Source of the DNA: Lingula anatina
Taxonomy: Eukaryota > Animalia > Brachiopoda
Reading direction: 5' to 3'
Assembly (NCBI GenBank): GCA_051362555.1
Contig: CM120640.1
Coordinates: 4,464,001-4,528,000 of the forward strand
Length of the DNA: 64,000 nucleotides
Under the pieces are notes generated by a model. The model had not been told where the DNA came from and did no database searches. It worked only from the letters and a program-made list of their open reading frames with translations. Every line of letters starts with the position of its first letter. Position 1 is the first letter of the stretch. The position numbers were made by a program, and so were the translations under genes. This document shows, one piece after another, positions 1 through 13,400 of the stretch.

Positions 1-417
1 GAATTGATAGTGGTTAATGGAAACATGAATCACTAGAAATATATCGATGTTTTGGAGTCAGGCTTGCTACCATCTATTACTGACATGTTTGGTGACAGGA
101 ATTATCCATTTGTTCACCAGGATGACAATGCTCCTTGTCACAGGCCCAGAGCAGTTGATGATTGGTTTGACCAACAGGACATTCGCAGGGTGATGTGGCC
201 TGCCCAGAGTCCGGATGCAAACATAATAGAAAATGTGTGGAATGATATGTCAAAACTTTTGACAAATGCCCGTCTAACCAGCAGAGAAACTCTGTTATAT
301 TCAATGTTTCATGCTTGGGCCAGCATAAGCCCTGAACGCATCAGACAATTATATGAAACCTTGCTTCGTAGACTGGCACCTATTATTAGGTCACGTGGTT
401 ATGCCACTAAGTACTAA
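1..417 (+). pseudogene. Tc1-like DD34E transposase, C-terminal catalytic region, interrupted by an in-frame stop
   Basis: Frame 1 reads ELIVVNGNMNH*KYIDVLESGLLP...HQDDNAPCH...WPAQSPDANIIENVW...IIRSRGYATKY*. The motifs QDDNAPCH and SPDxNxIENVW, with 34 residues between the second D and E, are diagnostic of Tc1. A TAG at 34-36 breaks the frame. Confidence 0.9.
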
Positions 418-590
418 TTTTGGACTTGAAACTGCATATTTTGGTAGAATGTATATTTTGCTCTCATTTTGTGATTTTTTGTGAAATTTGATGTTAATAA
501 AATGATACCAGGAGCATATCATTCCACAGTCATTTATCTCCCCCATAGTATTGGCTCAGTAGGGGTGACACTTCTTTTGTCCAGTGTGTG
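1..590 (+). mobile_element. 3' part of a Tc1-family (IS630-Tc1-mariner) DNA transposon, truncated by the window start
   Basis: The transposase C-terminus (1-417) is followed by AATAAA near 496 and a Tc1-like right terminal repeat (AGGGGTGACACTTCTTTTGTCCAGTGTGTG, 561-590), then the TA target dinucleotide at 591-592. The left TIR is outside the window. Confidence 0.85.
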
Positions 591-724
591 TACACTACCA
601 CAATATAAAAAAACGCCATCAAAAATTAATATAGTGTTTTATATAATGGGGGTAAACATTCAAAATTCCTGTGATTCAATGACATCAAATTCCGTTTGTA
701 TTTAACTTAGAATGGTTGGTACAC

Positions 725-934
725 CAGTGGCGGATTTAGGGGTTGTCAGGGGGATCCTGACCCCCCCCCCCCCCCCTTCGATTTCTGAAAAAAAAAATGG
801 TCCCCTCTTGAAATTAGAATTTTGACTAGTATATGTGAATCATAGTTCTAAACCGTACCAAATGGCACCGTTCGCCCACAAAAACACCAATTTTTTTTTT
901 TTTTGGGGGGGGGATAATCCTGGATCCGTCCCTT
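725..934. mobile_element. Non-autonomous DNA transposon (MITE), CAG-terminus type with 5-bp target-site duplication
   Basis: The left end CAGTGGCGGATT and right end GGATCCGTCCCTT are imperfect inverted repeats. They are flanked by TACAC (720-724) and TACAC (935-939). Confidence 0.7.
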
Positions 935-1270
935 TACACGTAGAGCTAAAAAAACACACTAAGTGACCGTTATTTTAAAAACTAGACTACCAAAATATAA
1001 AAAGGGGTTCTCAACAAATCCATAGATCTATATATTAGGGATGACTTTTTTATTTCTATGATTTAATGAAATTTCATTTTTAAAACACTCTATCAAATAA
1101 AAGTTTTGACTCTTATGACATAAGTACAAAAAACGATGGAACCTTTTAGAAGCCTTACGGAGTTTTACCTGTGATCTCTTCTTAATTCTGTTGCGTTACA
1201 TGTCATGACCAAAGTATATCTTCCCATCCCTTGAGATAGGATCCTTTAACTTGACTTTTTATGTATCTTA

Positions 1271-1461
1271 GACTGCATTCCCACAGATTTAGATCGATCC
1301 ATCTGGATCGACCTAACTCCCTGGGGGTTCACGCTAAATTGCTGTCAGCCGATTGCATACTATAGTTAATTAGCCCCTTACAGCTTTTAGTAGGCGGGAC
1401 AGTAAACTAGTGAGACTCCCCCACGGGGATAGATCGATCTAAAATCTGTGGGAATGCAGTC
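1271..1461 (+). mobile_element. PIF/Harbinger-type MITE, family A copy 1 (internally deleted)
   Basis: TIRs GACTGCATTCCCACAGATTT / AAATCTGTGGGAATGCAGTC, flanked by TTA (1268-1270) and ATA (1462-1464). It is near-identical to 1465-1678 but lacks a short internal segment. Confidence 0.85.
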
Positions 1462-1464
1462 ATA

Positions 1465-1678
1465 GAGTGCATTCCCAGAGATTTAGATCGATCAATCCGG
1501 ATCGACCCAACTCCCTGGGGGTTCACGCTAAATTGCTGTCAGTCGAGCGCGCACCATAGTTAATAGCCCCTTACAGCTTTTAGTAGGCGGGACAGACATT
1601 TAAGCCGGCTAAGCTGACAGTAATCTAGTGAGACTCCCCACAGGGATAGATCGCTCTAAAATCTGTGGGAATGGGGTC
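1465..1678 (+). mobile_element. PIF/Harbinger-type MITE, family A copy 2 (tandem with copy 1)
   Basis: Runs GAGTGCATTCCCAGAGATTT...AATCTGTGGGAATGGGGTC and is followed by TTA (1679-1681). It matches 56323-56535 in reverse orientation. Confidence 0.85.
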
Positions 1679-2393
1679 TTAGTCTCCCGAAAATTTAAGG
1701 TTAAATAATAATGGTGCTAACATTATAAGATATGAATAGATTTACCTAATGAAGTTCAGTCGACCCTAGGCCACTTTGAAAAAAAAATGCAATTGCCATA
1801 AAATGTCGATTGGCTATTCCAAAATTTTATTTTCGACGACACTGGCTCCAGTGTTGGGATTCATGGGACTGAGTGCGTTTATCACTTTTTGTTTTAAAAT
1901 TGACAAAGTTGGTTAGGTTTTTCTTATGTGATTCAATTGAATTATAATAAATGGGATGTAATCACGTTCTGGGAAAAAAAATTAGCTGTTGATTTAACAG
2001 CCTGGAAAGCATCATTCATCGCATGATTACGGCGTTATTTTCTCGGACAAGCATCTTTGCGCTGAGCGTAGCATGAATATAGCAATGGTTATTAGATCAA
2101 AAATTTTTTTTTTGTTTATCAGGCAGAAACAATGATGTGTTACAGTGAAATTTCGTGGAATTTTTGAGGACAACTGTGAATGTAAAATTTTGAAATTTTG
2201 TGCGATTTTTAGCCCACCTTACATATACATGTAGGCCCTGCATTGAGCTCAAATGCACTTAAATGTACTTAAATGCACGGGAATCGGGGCGACTTCAGTA
2301 ATCAGAACAAAGTGAGTTTTGAAATTGAATATTGTGATTTGAATAATCAACATGTATATTCTATGTATCCAAAATATTTCAACTAAATTCTTG

Positions 2394-2396
<3 letters not shown>

Positions 2397-2443
<47 letters not shown>
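2397..2443 (+). repeat. poly(A) tract (about 47 nt)
   Basis: Uninterrupted A run seen directly. Confidence 0.95.
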
Positions 2444-2445
<2 letters not shown>

Positions 2446-3412
2446 ATGAAGATCCCAGAATTTAATATAGAGGCCTACAGCATAATGAACTAACGCGAGA
2501 TTGGGACGTCTTTGAATAAATGTCGGGACAAGAGGAATTCTCAACTTGATCTGGAAGCACTTTTGGAAAAAGAATTTTGAAATATAAAAAAAAAAAGAAG
2601 AAAAAGAAATAAAATAAAATAAAATTTCAGGCGCCAAGATTAACGCGGTAAATCTAATTACCTGGAGTATTTCGCTCCAACGATTCTACAGTGTTTTTTC
2701 TTTTGTTTGTTATAATTTTTCTTGTCTTCCTAGTGATTTATTATAGATGATGCAGCAAACCAAGTCCCTTTGTTTTCCTGTATATATTAGATATTCGATT
2801 GGAATACAACTCGTCATGTAGACCTACATACGATATATATATGAGATCGCCACTTCCGAAGTATGCGTGCACTTCGGAAGAAATATACCCCTTTTTATAC
2901 TCGTCGAACAAATACTGGTAAGTCCAAACAGTGGCCAAATTACCAAATTATGTGTCATATGTTTTACGTATATTTTGCCCAAAATCCATGGATTGAGACA
3001 AAACAAACACTATAAACACACAAACACACACATAGGCCTACTGCCCAATATCAGCTTTACTACATGTATATTCACGCATTCAAAACATTTTAATTCCATT
3101 ATTATTATTATTATTAGTATTATTATTGCTGTTGTTGTTGTTGCAAACTTACCTTAGCTATCTTGAGCATCAAATACACCGCTTTTTAAAACTTATAACT
3201 ACTTTTTTGTCAACATAAATAAAAGAAAAAATAAATAAAAGAAAAAATAGATAAAAACAATAAAGAAAACTCGTCTATAACAAAGAAAGAAAATCAGTCA
3301 ACCTTAAATGTTCATATTCAACCTGAAACACCCGTCGCCACTTACTACCACGACCGCCACGTTATATTTAGGCATGGAAACAAAAAGCACAGGGCTCTCA
3401 TTCCAGGTTTAG

Positions 3413-3696
3413 CCCGCACGAAAATGCAGTAGTATCGAAGTAGCAAAGAAGCATTAACGCAGTAGAGGCGTGGAGCATATTTGCAGTAGAAATGCAGTAT
3501 AGCCTACTGCAATTCTACTTCAAAAATCACATAGGGTTGTACAGAGGAGGAGCATTAATGCAGTAGATTAGCAGCATGATAGAAGCATGTTTCAAATATG
3601 CTAATTAGCTCCCACATCGAAGCAGATTTGAAGCATGTTTGCAGTATGATTGCAGTAGTCTACTGCGCTGGAGTATCTACTTCGTTTTTGTGCGGG
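3413..3696. mobile_element. MITE with CCC...GGG termini and 2-bp TSD (CMC/EnSpm-like)
   Basis: TIRs CCCGCACGAAAATGCAGTAG / CTACTTCGTTTTTGTGCGGG, flanked by AG (3411-3412) and AG (3697-3698). The interior is built from short repeated GCAGTAG/AAGCAT motifs, like EnSpm subterminal repeats. Confidence 0.7.
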
Positions 3697-3929
3697 AGAT
3701 TACAAATTATGTACGTTAGATTAACGCCAAATTACATTAGTGTTAAAATAAGCCCAAATCATGCATTGTTTATACGTTATATTAAATGAATATGTAAAAC
3801 ATTTATCTTAATAAGAAGAATCCGATCATTTTGTAATTTCTGAAGGATTCTACTGTAATTTTTTCGTATTTTCCGCTCGCAGCGGACTGCGGTGACCTTT
3901 AAAGTAACCTTGACCTTAATTTAGATTGC

Positions 3930-3965
3930 CCCATAATCCAGTGTGGTTCAAGTTTCCGGACGGTG
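3930..3965 (+). other. Putative first non-coding exon (start approximate)
   Basis: Ends at a consensus donor CGGTG|GTAAGT near the downstream edge of the CpG-rich zone. No transcript evidence is available. Confidence 0.45.
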
Positions 3966-6139
3966 GTAAGTGTTAACTACAAATAAACTGTATAAACTAT
4001 TTACAGAAGTACTTGCGACATACTCTGATAACACATTCGCATTACAGGGTTAAAGACCCTAAATGTCAGACGAGCCACGGTTTGTAGTGTAATGTATTGG
4101 CTGTCAACTCTGACAATTAAGATTCTTGTAAGATCTTACAATTTCTCAACTCCTAGAAACGGATGAATAAAGTTGAATTGAAAACACTGGCGCTGTCCTC
4201 TGCTTTGGCCCTGGCCCTTTACAAATTAGCAGTAACTTTGAATTATCCTGTCATTATCACAGTGTTCTCTAATTTTCTGTATTTCCTCTCGTACGTTTGT
4301 TTAACCCCGTGTGTGTGTGTGTGTGCATGTGTGCCTGTGACTGAGTGAGTGTACTCGGTACAGTACTGTACAGTACGTGAGTGTGAACATCTGTACGTGT
4401 GAATAGATTCTGTCTCAAAAGTTAATAACTAAACATGTCATCAACAAGTTACAACCCATATCTGTACTTCCATGCTTTTAATCCTAGTCTTAATTATGTA
4501 CAAGTTATACAGTACTGAGTACGTGTAACTACTGTAGTGTTGCACTGGAAAACAAGATTTACAGTAGTAAAAAGTAAAAATGTTATTTTATTAATTAATA
4601 ATAGAAGTCCATTTAACGCATGTACATGTAGCTATTCAATGTACTCAAGCACGTGTAGTTAGAATTGCTAGAATCTGTACATATTCAATGATATTCATTG
4701 AAATAGGCAAGGGCATATGGTGATATCTGCAGGGTGCTTTTTTTCTGATCTTCCCAGCACCCTTATATTATTTTGAATATTTGACATATTTGTGAGTATT
4801 AGAGATATACTGTATCACAACCATAGTCAAAACTGTCAGGAAGAGGGTATTTTGGATTTTTAATGGAAATTACAAGCACATATTTTGATGGCACCCAACA
4901 TGGAACTATTAGTAATCACTGATGAGTTTTTTCTGACTTTTGTCAGAATTCTGACTTTTTCAGGATCATTTGGGTCATTCTTGTGAATTGTGTAAATCCT
5001 GCTTTTTCAGTGAGGACTGGTCTCATGCCTGAGTAATAGTGGAAGGTTAAGGTGGGTGGGGGTGGGGGGAGGGGACATTGGCTTTGGCTACCCAACCATC
5101 TGGCATGAAGGAAATGCTAACAATTCCCCACTCCAAGCCCCATTCATAGCAATTTCACCATATCCAACTTTGTTCAGAGATTAGTGCATATTCATTGTAG
5201 TACTCATCTTACAGTGTATATTATCTTTTCCCCAGCCACATTGTTTGAGGGCTACTGGTATACAGTGTAGGTGTTTTAAGCTTTCCATTCATGATGATAT
5301 TGCCAGCTTCATAATTTGTCAAAATCTGAAATAACAACAAGTTTATCATGCACAGCAACTCGTAATTTACACCTGACTACCTAAAATTTGATCAAATGAA
5401 AATGGATCATGGAGGATGTCTGCTTTCTGGTTTTTATGAAACCTGCCAAGTGATATTTGAATTAATTGTTTTCTTGGCTTGCATACTATGGCTTGTTTGA
5501 AGTCTACTGCTTTTTTTCCTAGATGAATTGACAAGAAAATCTACTTATATACTTGCTTTAAGCTGTTTTGATAAAATTAAGAGTGGCAGGTGATTTCAAC
5601 AATTTTATGCACTAGCATCGTGGTTTAATTTCTTTTCATATAGGATTCCCTTATTTTTGGTATGAAATCTATTTTGTTTTCCTTTGAGATCTGGTAATTA
5701 ATAAGATTAGCCATATGGTGTTAGCACCTTACTTTGAGATGTGACGGTGTTTCATTTTTTTTTACCCTCCCTCCTTTTGGAGCAAGGTGTAGACATAGCC
5801 CACTCAAAACATACCCTAAAAAAACATCATCAGATGTTTCCATACTACTGTGCAAATTTTAGCTAAACATTGATCTGCTAATTTGGCAACTGAGCCATTG
5901 ATATTTTCAGCATCGCCAATCTGTTTTAGCTTGTCTGTTCACAGAGTAGAAGATATTGCAGAGTTGGCAACTCTACTCATTGACACTTATTCTAAGTGTT
6001 GTTTAGGACATACTTATATTGTTTACAGGTGCTATTCTATTGTTATTAAGATATTAGACAATAGATTTACACATTTTGAGTACTGACACATTGGCAATTC
6101 TGATATTGGTTTTCACGAGGTTTACTTATATTTTATTAG

Positions 6140-6197
6140 AGCCAGATTCCTACTGATAAAAAATAAGAGAAGCTGAAGAAACTGAAAATATCATAAG
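6140..6197 (+). other. Putative 58-nt non-coding internal exon
   Basis: Acceptor TTTACTTATATTTTATTAG|, a purine-rich GAAGAA-containing body, and a perfect donor AAG|GTAAGT at 6197/6198. It has no ATG. Confidence 0.5.
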
Positions 6198-7438
6198 GTA
6201 AGTATTATTCAGCCAATTAAATACATATAGTATATGAAGCCATTATTGATATAGCTGTATGTAAACTGTATTGTAACTACATTCAATGAGCTTGTCACTG
6301 CATAATAGTTATTGTGTACTGGTATATGTGTATGCTGGTACTAGTAATAGTTTATTCATTTTATCATGTGGAGAACAATGGAAAGTCCCAGTTTTTTGGT
6401 TAACATATTAATGAGATTTATTTGCCAAAATGGATTTCCCAGGAAAATAAGCAATTTTCTCATACTTGGGAATCATTTATATTTCCCTCTCTGCACTTGG
6501 TTTTGTTTTTTTTTTATTAAATTTTATAAAGGTTATTATAACAGCGGCCATTTTCCTCCAGTGGAAATATCAACACCAATCACTCTCCAGAAAAAATATG
6601 TAAGGGGTTAAACATTTTTAAGGTGTATATAAGATTTAATGAAAAGCTGTGGATGGCAAAAATAAGCAATTTGGGGATTTTCAAACTCATGGAGTGAATT
6701 AATTAATTAATTAATTGTAATTATTAATGTATATGTGATGTACTGCAGTGTGCGGTTTTAACAGGGAAATTTTGAGAAGACGAAATTACATCAAAGTAAG
6801 TGACTACTTTGTGCACTCTTTGTCAAAAACATTCATTGATACTGGTTCTTAGGCATTCATGGTTCATCCTGTCACCTTCACATGCTCAATTGCCCACAAT
6901 ATTATTTTTGCATTAGCAGAGCTGGTTATAATTGCCTTTGATAAAAAGGATTTACCTGTGGAGAATGATGAGCACCTGTGTAAGATGCAATTCTATTTTG
7001 AAAGATAAAAATGATTGACCTAATATTGTTTATTCAGTGTTATAAACAGTCAGTAAATATGTGCCTGATCCTGGCATTGGTGAACAGTTCAGTCTGAATC
7101 ACACTCAAGATTTGTTCAAAATTAGATTTATGTGTTTACTCTAGAAAATATTCTATGATATGTTTAAAGACAAAAGGATCAATTATGAATCTCGTCTCAT
7201 TAACTTGTCATTCTATTGTGTTATCCATTTTAAATGTTAGTACCTCTCAAGTAGTTAAAGACATTTGCCATGGAACAAAAAAAAAGTAAATTATCTGTAA
7301 GTTGGATAGACTGCTATTTAAATGTTTTATCCTCAGTAAAAACAATTTTAACAAATAACAATAACAAATGGCAAACAGATTTTATCTGCTCGGCCTTATA
7401 TACAGTATGGAATACTCCTAGGTTCCATGTACACAAAG

Positions 7439-7485
<47 letters not shown>
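7439..7485. repeat. (TTAT)n microsatellite
   Basis: About 11 tetranucleotide units seen directly. Confidence 0.9.
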
Positions 7486-7486
<1 letters not shown>

Positions 7487-10400
7487 TTACATATCCACAG
7501 TTGTTTTATTAAATTACTTGTACTGTTTCAGTGCAAGATGTATTTTAAGGTACAGGACTTAAAATATTCTGAACAGTGTTGAGAAGATAGTACATTGACT
7601 TATGATAAAAAAAATGAAAGCAATTAGTTTAAAGTGTGTTTTCCCACCAGACCTTCAAACTGCGTCATAGTAGTCTTCAACTAGGGCATACATATTGGAC
7701 CCTTTATGTAAATCCTTCTTAAAGATTTTTTATCCTGAAGCAGTTAAACCTTTGGTAGCCTGTCTGATATACATACTGCCTGAATTTTTTTGGTTGGCAT
7801 AAATATTGTCCTATAAAAAATGTTGTCTTACAGTTTTTAAGAAATTAACAGAAGCAGATAAAAGGTTACATGGAATACCTGTACATAAGATCTTCAGAGG
7901 TACATTTTTTTAACCAAATGTTCTCTTGCCAGTTGATTTTTAAGGCTTGCTTAAAAAGTGATCTAAATTCCTTTAAAAAGAAACAGACTATTTTTCAAAA
8001 CAAATATCAAAATCAGATATCAAAACCAGATGATCTGTTACACAGAATTTTTTAAGGAGCCACAAGAATTTTGTTGCATATCAGTTTTGCCTTAACTAAA
8101 ACAGTTTTTGTGTATTGTTAAAGGTACATACAAACCAAGCATCTGTGGAACGTGGATTCCCAGTAACACATGTAAACCACTTCTACTAGATTCTTATATG
8201 ACTCAAATAAATTCGACATGCCAAGGGATAAACTGATCAGCCATAAAAGACCTTTAGACTGCTCCTTTCTTTAAATTTTTGGTTGTCAATTTAACCTACT
8301 TTCGTGACCTTCTTTCCTGCCCCATTGACATACAGCTTAGAATGCCAGCAGAAAAATCCGTTCAAACATCATTTTCGGGTAAAATTAAACAATGCCTTTT
8401 GGTAATTCTCTTCATTATACTACTTGGTTTTTGTGACAAAAAATTGACTTTGTATGCATCTTTAAGGGTGACTGAAGGATAGAAAGAGGCAGATGTGTAA
8501 AGTCTGTAAATCACCCTATTATTTAACTACAGTAGGTAAATCAATCTTGTGATCGGATAGAGAAGAAGAGGCTGTGAGATCAGTGAATTTGTTTTTTGAT
8601 GGTGGCCACATCTTTAATAAAGGTTACCATAATTTATTTGACCCTAAACCCCCGCTGCCACTTTACTGGAGATTGTCTTTTGACAATCAATAGCAGTATA
8701 AAATTAAAGTAATATTTGTATCCAATTTATTTATGATAGATGACTCCTTACTCCTTGTTAGGAGTATGCTTTATGTAAGGCATTGGAGGTAGAATTATGG
8801 TTCATATGTTTAACTGTGGATATGCACTTGACATGTTCTTTTGACTGAATGCCACATTTTACAAAGCATTATTCCTTCAGCAATTTACTCTTTGATACAG
8901 TTTCACAAGTTTAAGAAAGTAAAATATGAGTGTTATTGTAATCCCTGCCTGCTAGAAGTAATGCTCAAGTAACCCTTTGACAGGGGATAGCTGCCTACTA
9001 CTTTACTCTATTGTAGAGGCATGAAGAAAAACATTGATACTTGGATATTAAGTTTGTGTTTCATCATATGTTTTGCACATTAGAATAACAATTAATTTCT
9101 TATTTTTGAAAATATTTTTTTAGAACTAAATTATTATATTATTTGTAAAGGGATTATTCCATTTTGTAATCAAGCTACAATAATGGTATTATAGAGTGCA
9201 TTCTCAAATAGCTGACTGCACAAATACCAAATGTTTGGATTGTGCTAGTTGGCAGAAGTGACTATTGTGTCAGAGATGTTCTCGTAAAATTTGGTTCTGA
9301 GCTTCCCTATCACAATTTGTGATTGAAATTGTCTTTTTGGCAGTAAGGCAACATTGTTAAATTTAAGTCTTTGATAATTTTTCCACTTCTTTTTCAGCAG
9401 AAGGCAACAGTTGAGAAAACCAAACCCAATAAGGTAAAAGTCCAAAATATTTAAGATGAGATTAAAAAGTTGATTTTAAGGCCAAGGTAAAAAAGTTGCA
9501 CCTGCAATATTATAGTTATTATATATTTATTAAACTATTTTGTTGTGTGAAATTATCGTCCTAATTATATACCAATATAGCATTTGTGCTTGGTATTGAA
9601 TGTTATAAGTATTCAGGTGTGAACTGTGAAACAAGCCATTTGCTTCCAGTATTTTTCCAATCAAAAAGCTGCACAGTCATTTTCCAAGAATGATTTGCCA
9701 ACTGCTTTTTTGCTCCTCCGTGGCAACAGAAACTATTATTTGTGTCTATTTTTACACATGTGATTAAGACGAGATTGTGTTCCATTTCAAAGAGTTTTTA
9801 AAGCTCGGAATGATAATCTTCATCCCCATTTTTTTTTTCAGCCAACTCTGCTCATGTTTGCACTATCTTCATATTTTAGCTGTTATTTCTTTATTTCATG
9901 ATTTTTAGAAAGTATCATTCTGCTTCCAATAAATGATAAGCAGCTGACTTAAACAAATTAAAAAAAGTAATGAAGGCATTACCACTTGCCTGGTAGAATT
10001 CAGTTACTAAGGGCACTTGCCACTTCCTATGTGCTGTGCCTTCTTATCTAGCCTCTGGAAAATTGCTTTCGTGGGCATTTATAAACAATTTTTCTTTTTC
10101 CCCTGAGCTTCTGTCACTTGCCAATAAAGGTGTTTCTATCCTTAAAACGTTTACTCCCTGTATCCATCACTATACCCATGAGAAAAACAGACAGAAAGCT
10201 ATAATTTGAAATAAATCACAAAATATTGTTTTCAGTATGTTAGACCCAAGACAACGATTACAACGTAATACTTTTTTGGCAAGGGGTAGACTATGTACTA
10301 GGAAGAAGAGCTTTGTAATCAACATATCTATTCTGTTCATTGATTCTAGAAAAAAGAAAAATAACCATAAATAAGAAATGACATGCTAGTAACTTCTGGG

Positions 10401-13400
10401 TACCTGCTGTCTCTGCCAAAGAATTATTGGCGATGTGTTTTCATAGGTTTAAAAAATGTGCCCATTTGTGATGCTTTATTTACTTCTGCTATGAGACAAA
10501 ATGAAAAAAAAAAGCGACCATAGCCAAACATGCATACAAACATGGATACACATACAATAGATATAGATTTCTGTTGAAAGTCTGAATCCAGACTTTTCTT
10601 TGCTTTGAAAACTGTAAGTGATTTACTGAACACACATCACAGTATGGTAATTTGCATTCTATTGTCACGCAATGATTCCCAAGAGAAGTTGATATTTTAA
10701 CCTTAAAACACATCTAGAAAAAGCAATCTCTATCATATCTCTCAGCTACCAGACATCTGCCATTTGCCATACATTTTAAAACAGTGTATCCACAGCAAGT
10801 TTTTCAAAGATTTAAAAATTCCCTTTAACACATAACAGAAAATGAGAAAGATGGAAACAATTGATTAGTTCATATTTATTGTTTATTTTCATAATACTTT
10901 ATTACTATTCGGACACTGTCTAAACTGTATGCTTGTTTTGCTCGGTCAGAACTTTGTGAACCAGAACTCCAGCATGTGCATGTAAAGAATAATCAATAGG
11001 AATTGATTGGGGCATACTAGAAACCATGTAGATTAGTCATGTGTTGGGATACCAACATTAGACCTCTTCCTTGCCAAATATTGAACTTTCTGGTGTATGT
11101 TCCTTATGAAATTTGATTTGTAACTCTGCTCAGAGTTTTGTTATCTGATTAGTTTGTAGTATCAGATAGTATTCCAGATATTAAATAGATCATGATTTGA
11201 AGTGGAGACATTGTGACTTTCTGAACCCACAGTGTAATAGCATTTTACAGTTACAAATGTGTACAACTGTCATAATATTAACATTTTTTCTTGCTTTCCA
11301 AAATAAAAATGCTTGCACAGACACAAGGCACGAGATTTTTAAGACACGTATTGAAAATTTAAGTTCGTTTTTTGAGACTCTTTGAAAGCATTAACTTCAA
11401 GCCAAGTATGGCCTATGGATTATCAGTATAATAGAGACCCACTGTTCAACAAGGACAGGTTTGTCTTGAAATGCTGCCATCTGCTGGAGCAGGAAGATTT
11501 AAGGGTAAGTTCATCTTGTTACTCTCTATCAGTTGTTCTTTGACTTTGCCATCATAAACATCCAGGCATGTATTAAACAATGTGATTACTGCAATAAATT
11601 AACAATGCCAGCAAATAATGTACATTCTTAGCATCATTAAGTAAAGACAAATACTGTTGCCTGGCCTCTTGATTTCTCCAGAGGATGGCTTTGCATATGA
11701 GGTTTATAGATTTTTTTCCCCTTACCAAGTGCCATTAGTCTTTCAGTTCATCAATAATTTGGCAGCTTCGACATCCAGGGAGCCTCCAGAGTGAGCGGGA
11801 CACTGCAGAACCACCACTGAAAATAGATACATCTGTCATCTTCCCTCATAACACTGGTAAGTTTTGCTGTCAAAATCTGCTGGATATTTTCTTTTTCTTT
11901 TCGGTCAGTTCTGGGAATGTGCCATTTGAGTTTGCTGTCTTTTCGTATGAGGCTTGTTTAGCTATGCACATTGAATCAATTGTATGAATCCAAAATGATC
12001 TTGCTTGCAGTAAGGATTGGCAAATAAGTAGAACTCGGTTGCCAATTTCCTTAAATGGCACCCTGTTGAAAACTGCCTTGCCAAGTTGTTATGATATTGA
12101 AAAAATAGTTTTTTAAAAATTATATTGAGATTTTATATAAAAAGCATGATTAGCATTTCAACAATGAACATTTTCAATCATTTAAAATTAATAAATTAAT
12201 ATATTGTTTTGTTAATTACAATGTTATCTTCAGAGGATGGTTGGTCAATAGAAAGGAGTTTTTATATATATGTATGTCCAGTTATACAGCTATTTGAACA
12301 TTAAGTCTTATTTTTCTCCTATGAGAGTACTATTTCCCCAAACAACCAGCAACATTTAGATCTGGTGCCCAAGACATTTCTTGGTAGACTTGACAGACTA
12401 TTAGAGATTGAAGACATCCTTGTTCTAATATATTTACTGTGATGCAGATATTATTTTAGCTTGTCACTCCTCTGTTTAGTACTGCCCTTATTTCTGCTAT
12501 TACAGAAACAAAATTTTAGTTTTTGTTATAATTTAATATACCATGAAAAAAAAGAGATGTAACTCAGGATGGATATAGTGGTATTTTGTTCCGGTAATTT
12601 ATATTACTGGTACATGTAGCTTAGAAATTCTGATGGTACGAATCTAAGATACATGTACATGTATATACCTTATAATGCAGTTCAATTAACATCAGGCAAT
12701 ATTTCTCAATGCTACAGGTTTAAACATTTTTATGGCGATGTTTTAATATTTTTCAAGGCTGATAGTGAATGGTGTAAACTGGAGTTGATTACATCGATAT
12801 ATTTTTTAGAGTACCTTGGATAAAGAATGGGGAGTTTGCATGCAGTAGGGTACTTATAACAATCTTATAACAATCATCTTGAGGCACAATTAGAATATCA
12901 ATAATAATAATTCAATATTTATAGACAGGTATGGAAAGTATGTGATCTATGTAGTTGAGGTTCATGATTATTTAATTAGTTCAAGTGCCCTGCTTGTTTA
13001 TGTTGGTAAATCCACGTATGTTGTGGAAGTGATCTATATCACAGCAAATTGGGGGAATATATTTTTAAAATAGCCAAAAAAAAAAAAAAAAAAATTATGT
13101 AAATGTCCTTTCTTCTCTGGGTATTATGAAGATAAATAATTGTTGGCACCCAACATCAAGCATTGTAAATGGAATCTTGCTTATGGTCTCAAGATGACTT
13201 GAGGACAGAAAATCCTATTTGGAAACAAATTCCCATGTGGCACTTCAGTGAAGGATTGTGTGCATGGTCTCTATTATATACAATATTAAACGTTCGCAAG
13301 AAATGAAAGCAATAAGATATCAGTTTGATACAAATGTTTTAAGCAGTGCAGACCATACAGTCACTGTGTTATTACAAAATTGTTGAAAGTAGCATTCTGT

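Larger units (their letters stand above)
2780..4400. promoter_or_regulatory. CpG-rich, probably unmethylated promoter region (possibly bidirectional)
   Basis: CpG dinucleotides are frequent here and drop sharply after about 4.6 kb (visual estimate). There is an ETS-like TTCCGG near 3955, a + strand donor GTG|GTAAGT at 3965/3966 and a - strand donor AAG|GTAAGT (ACTTACCTT, 3147-3155). Boundaries are approximate. Confidence 0.55.

Noticed and set aside
2397-2443. Poly(A) tract as a retroposon tail
   Set aside because: No recognisable SINE/LINE body, polyadenylation signal or TSD could be identified.
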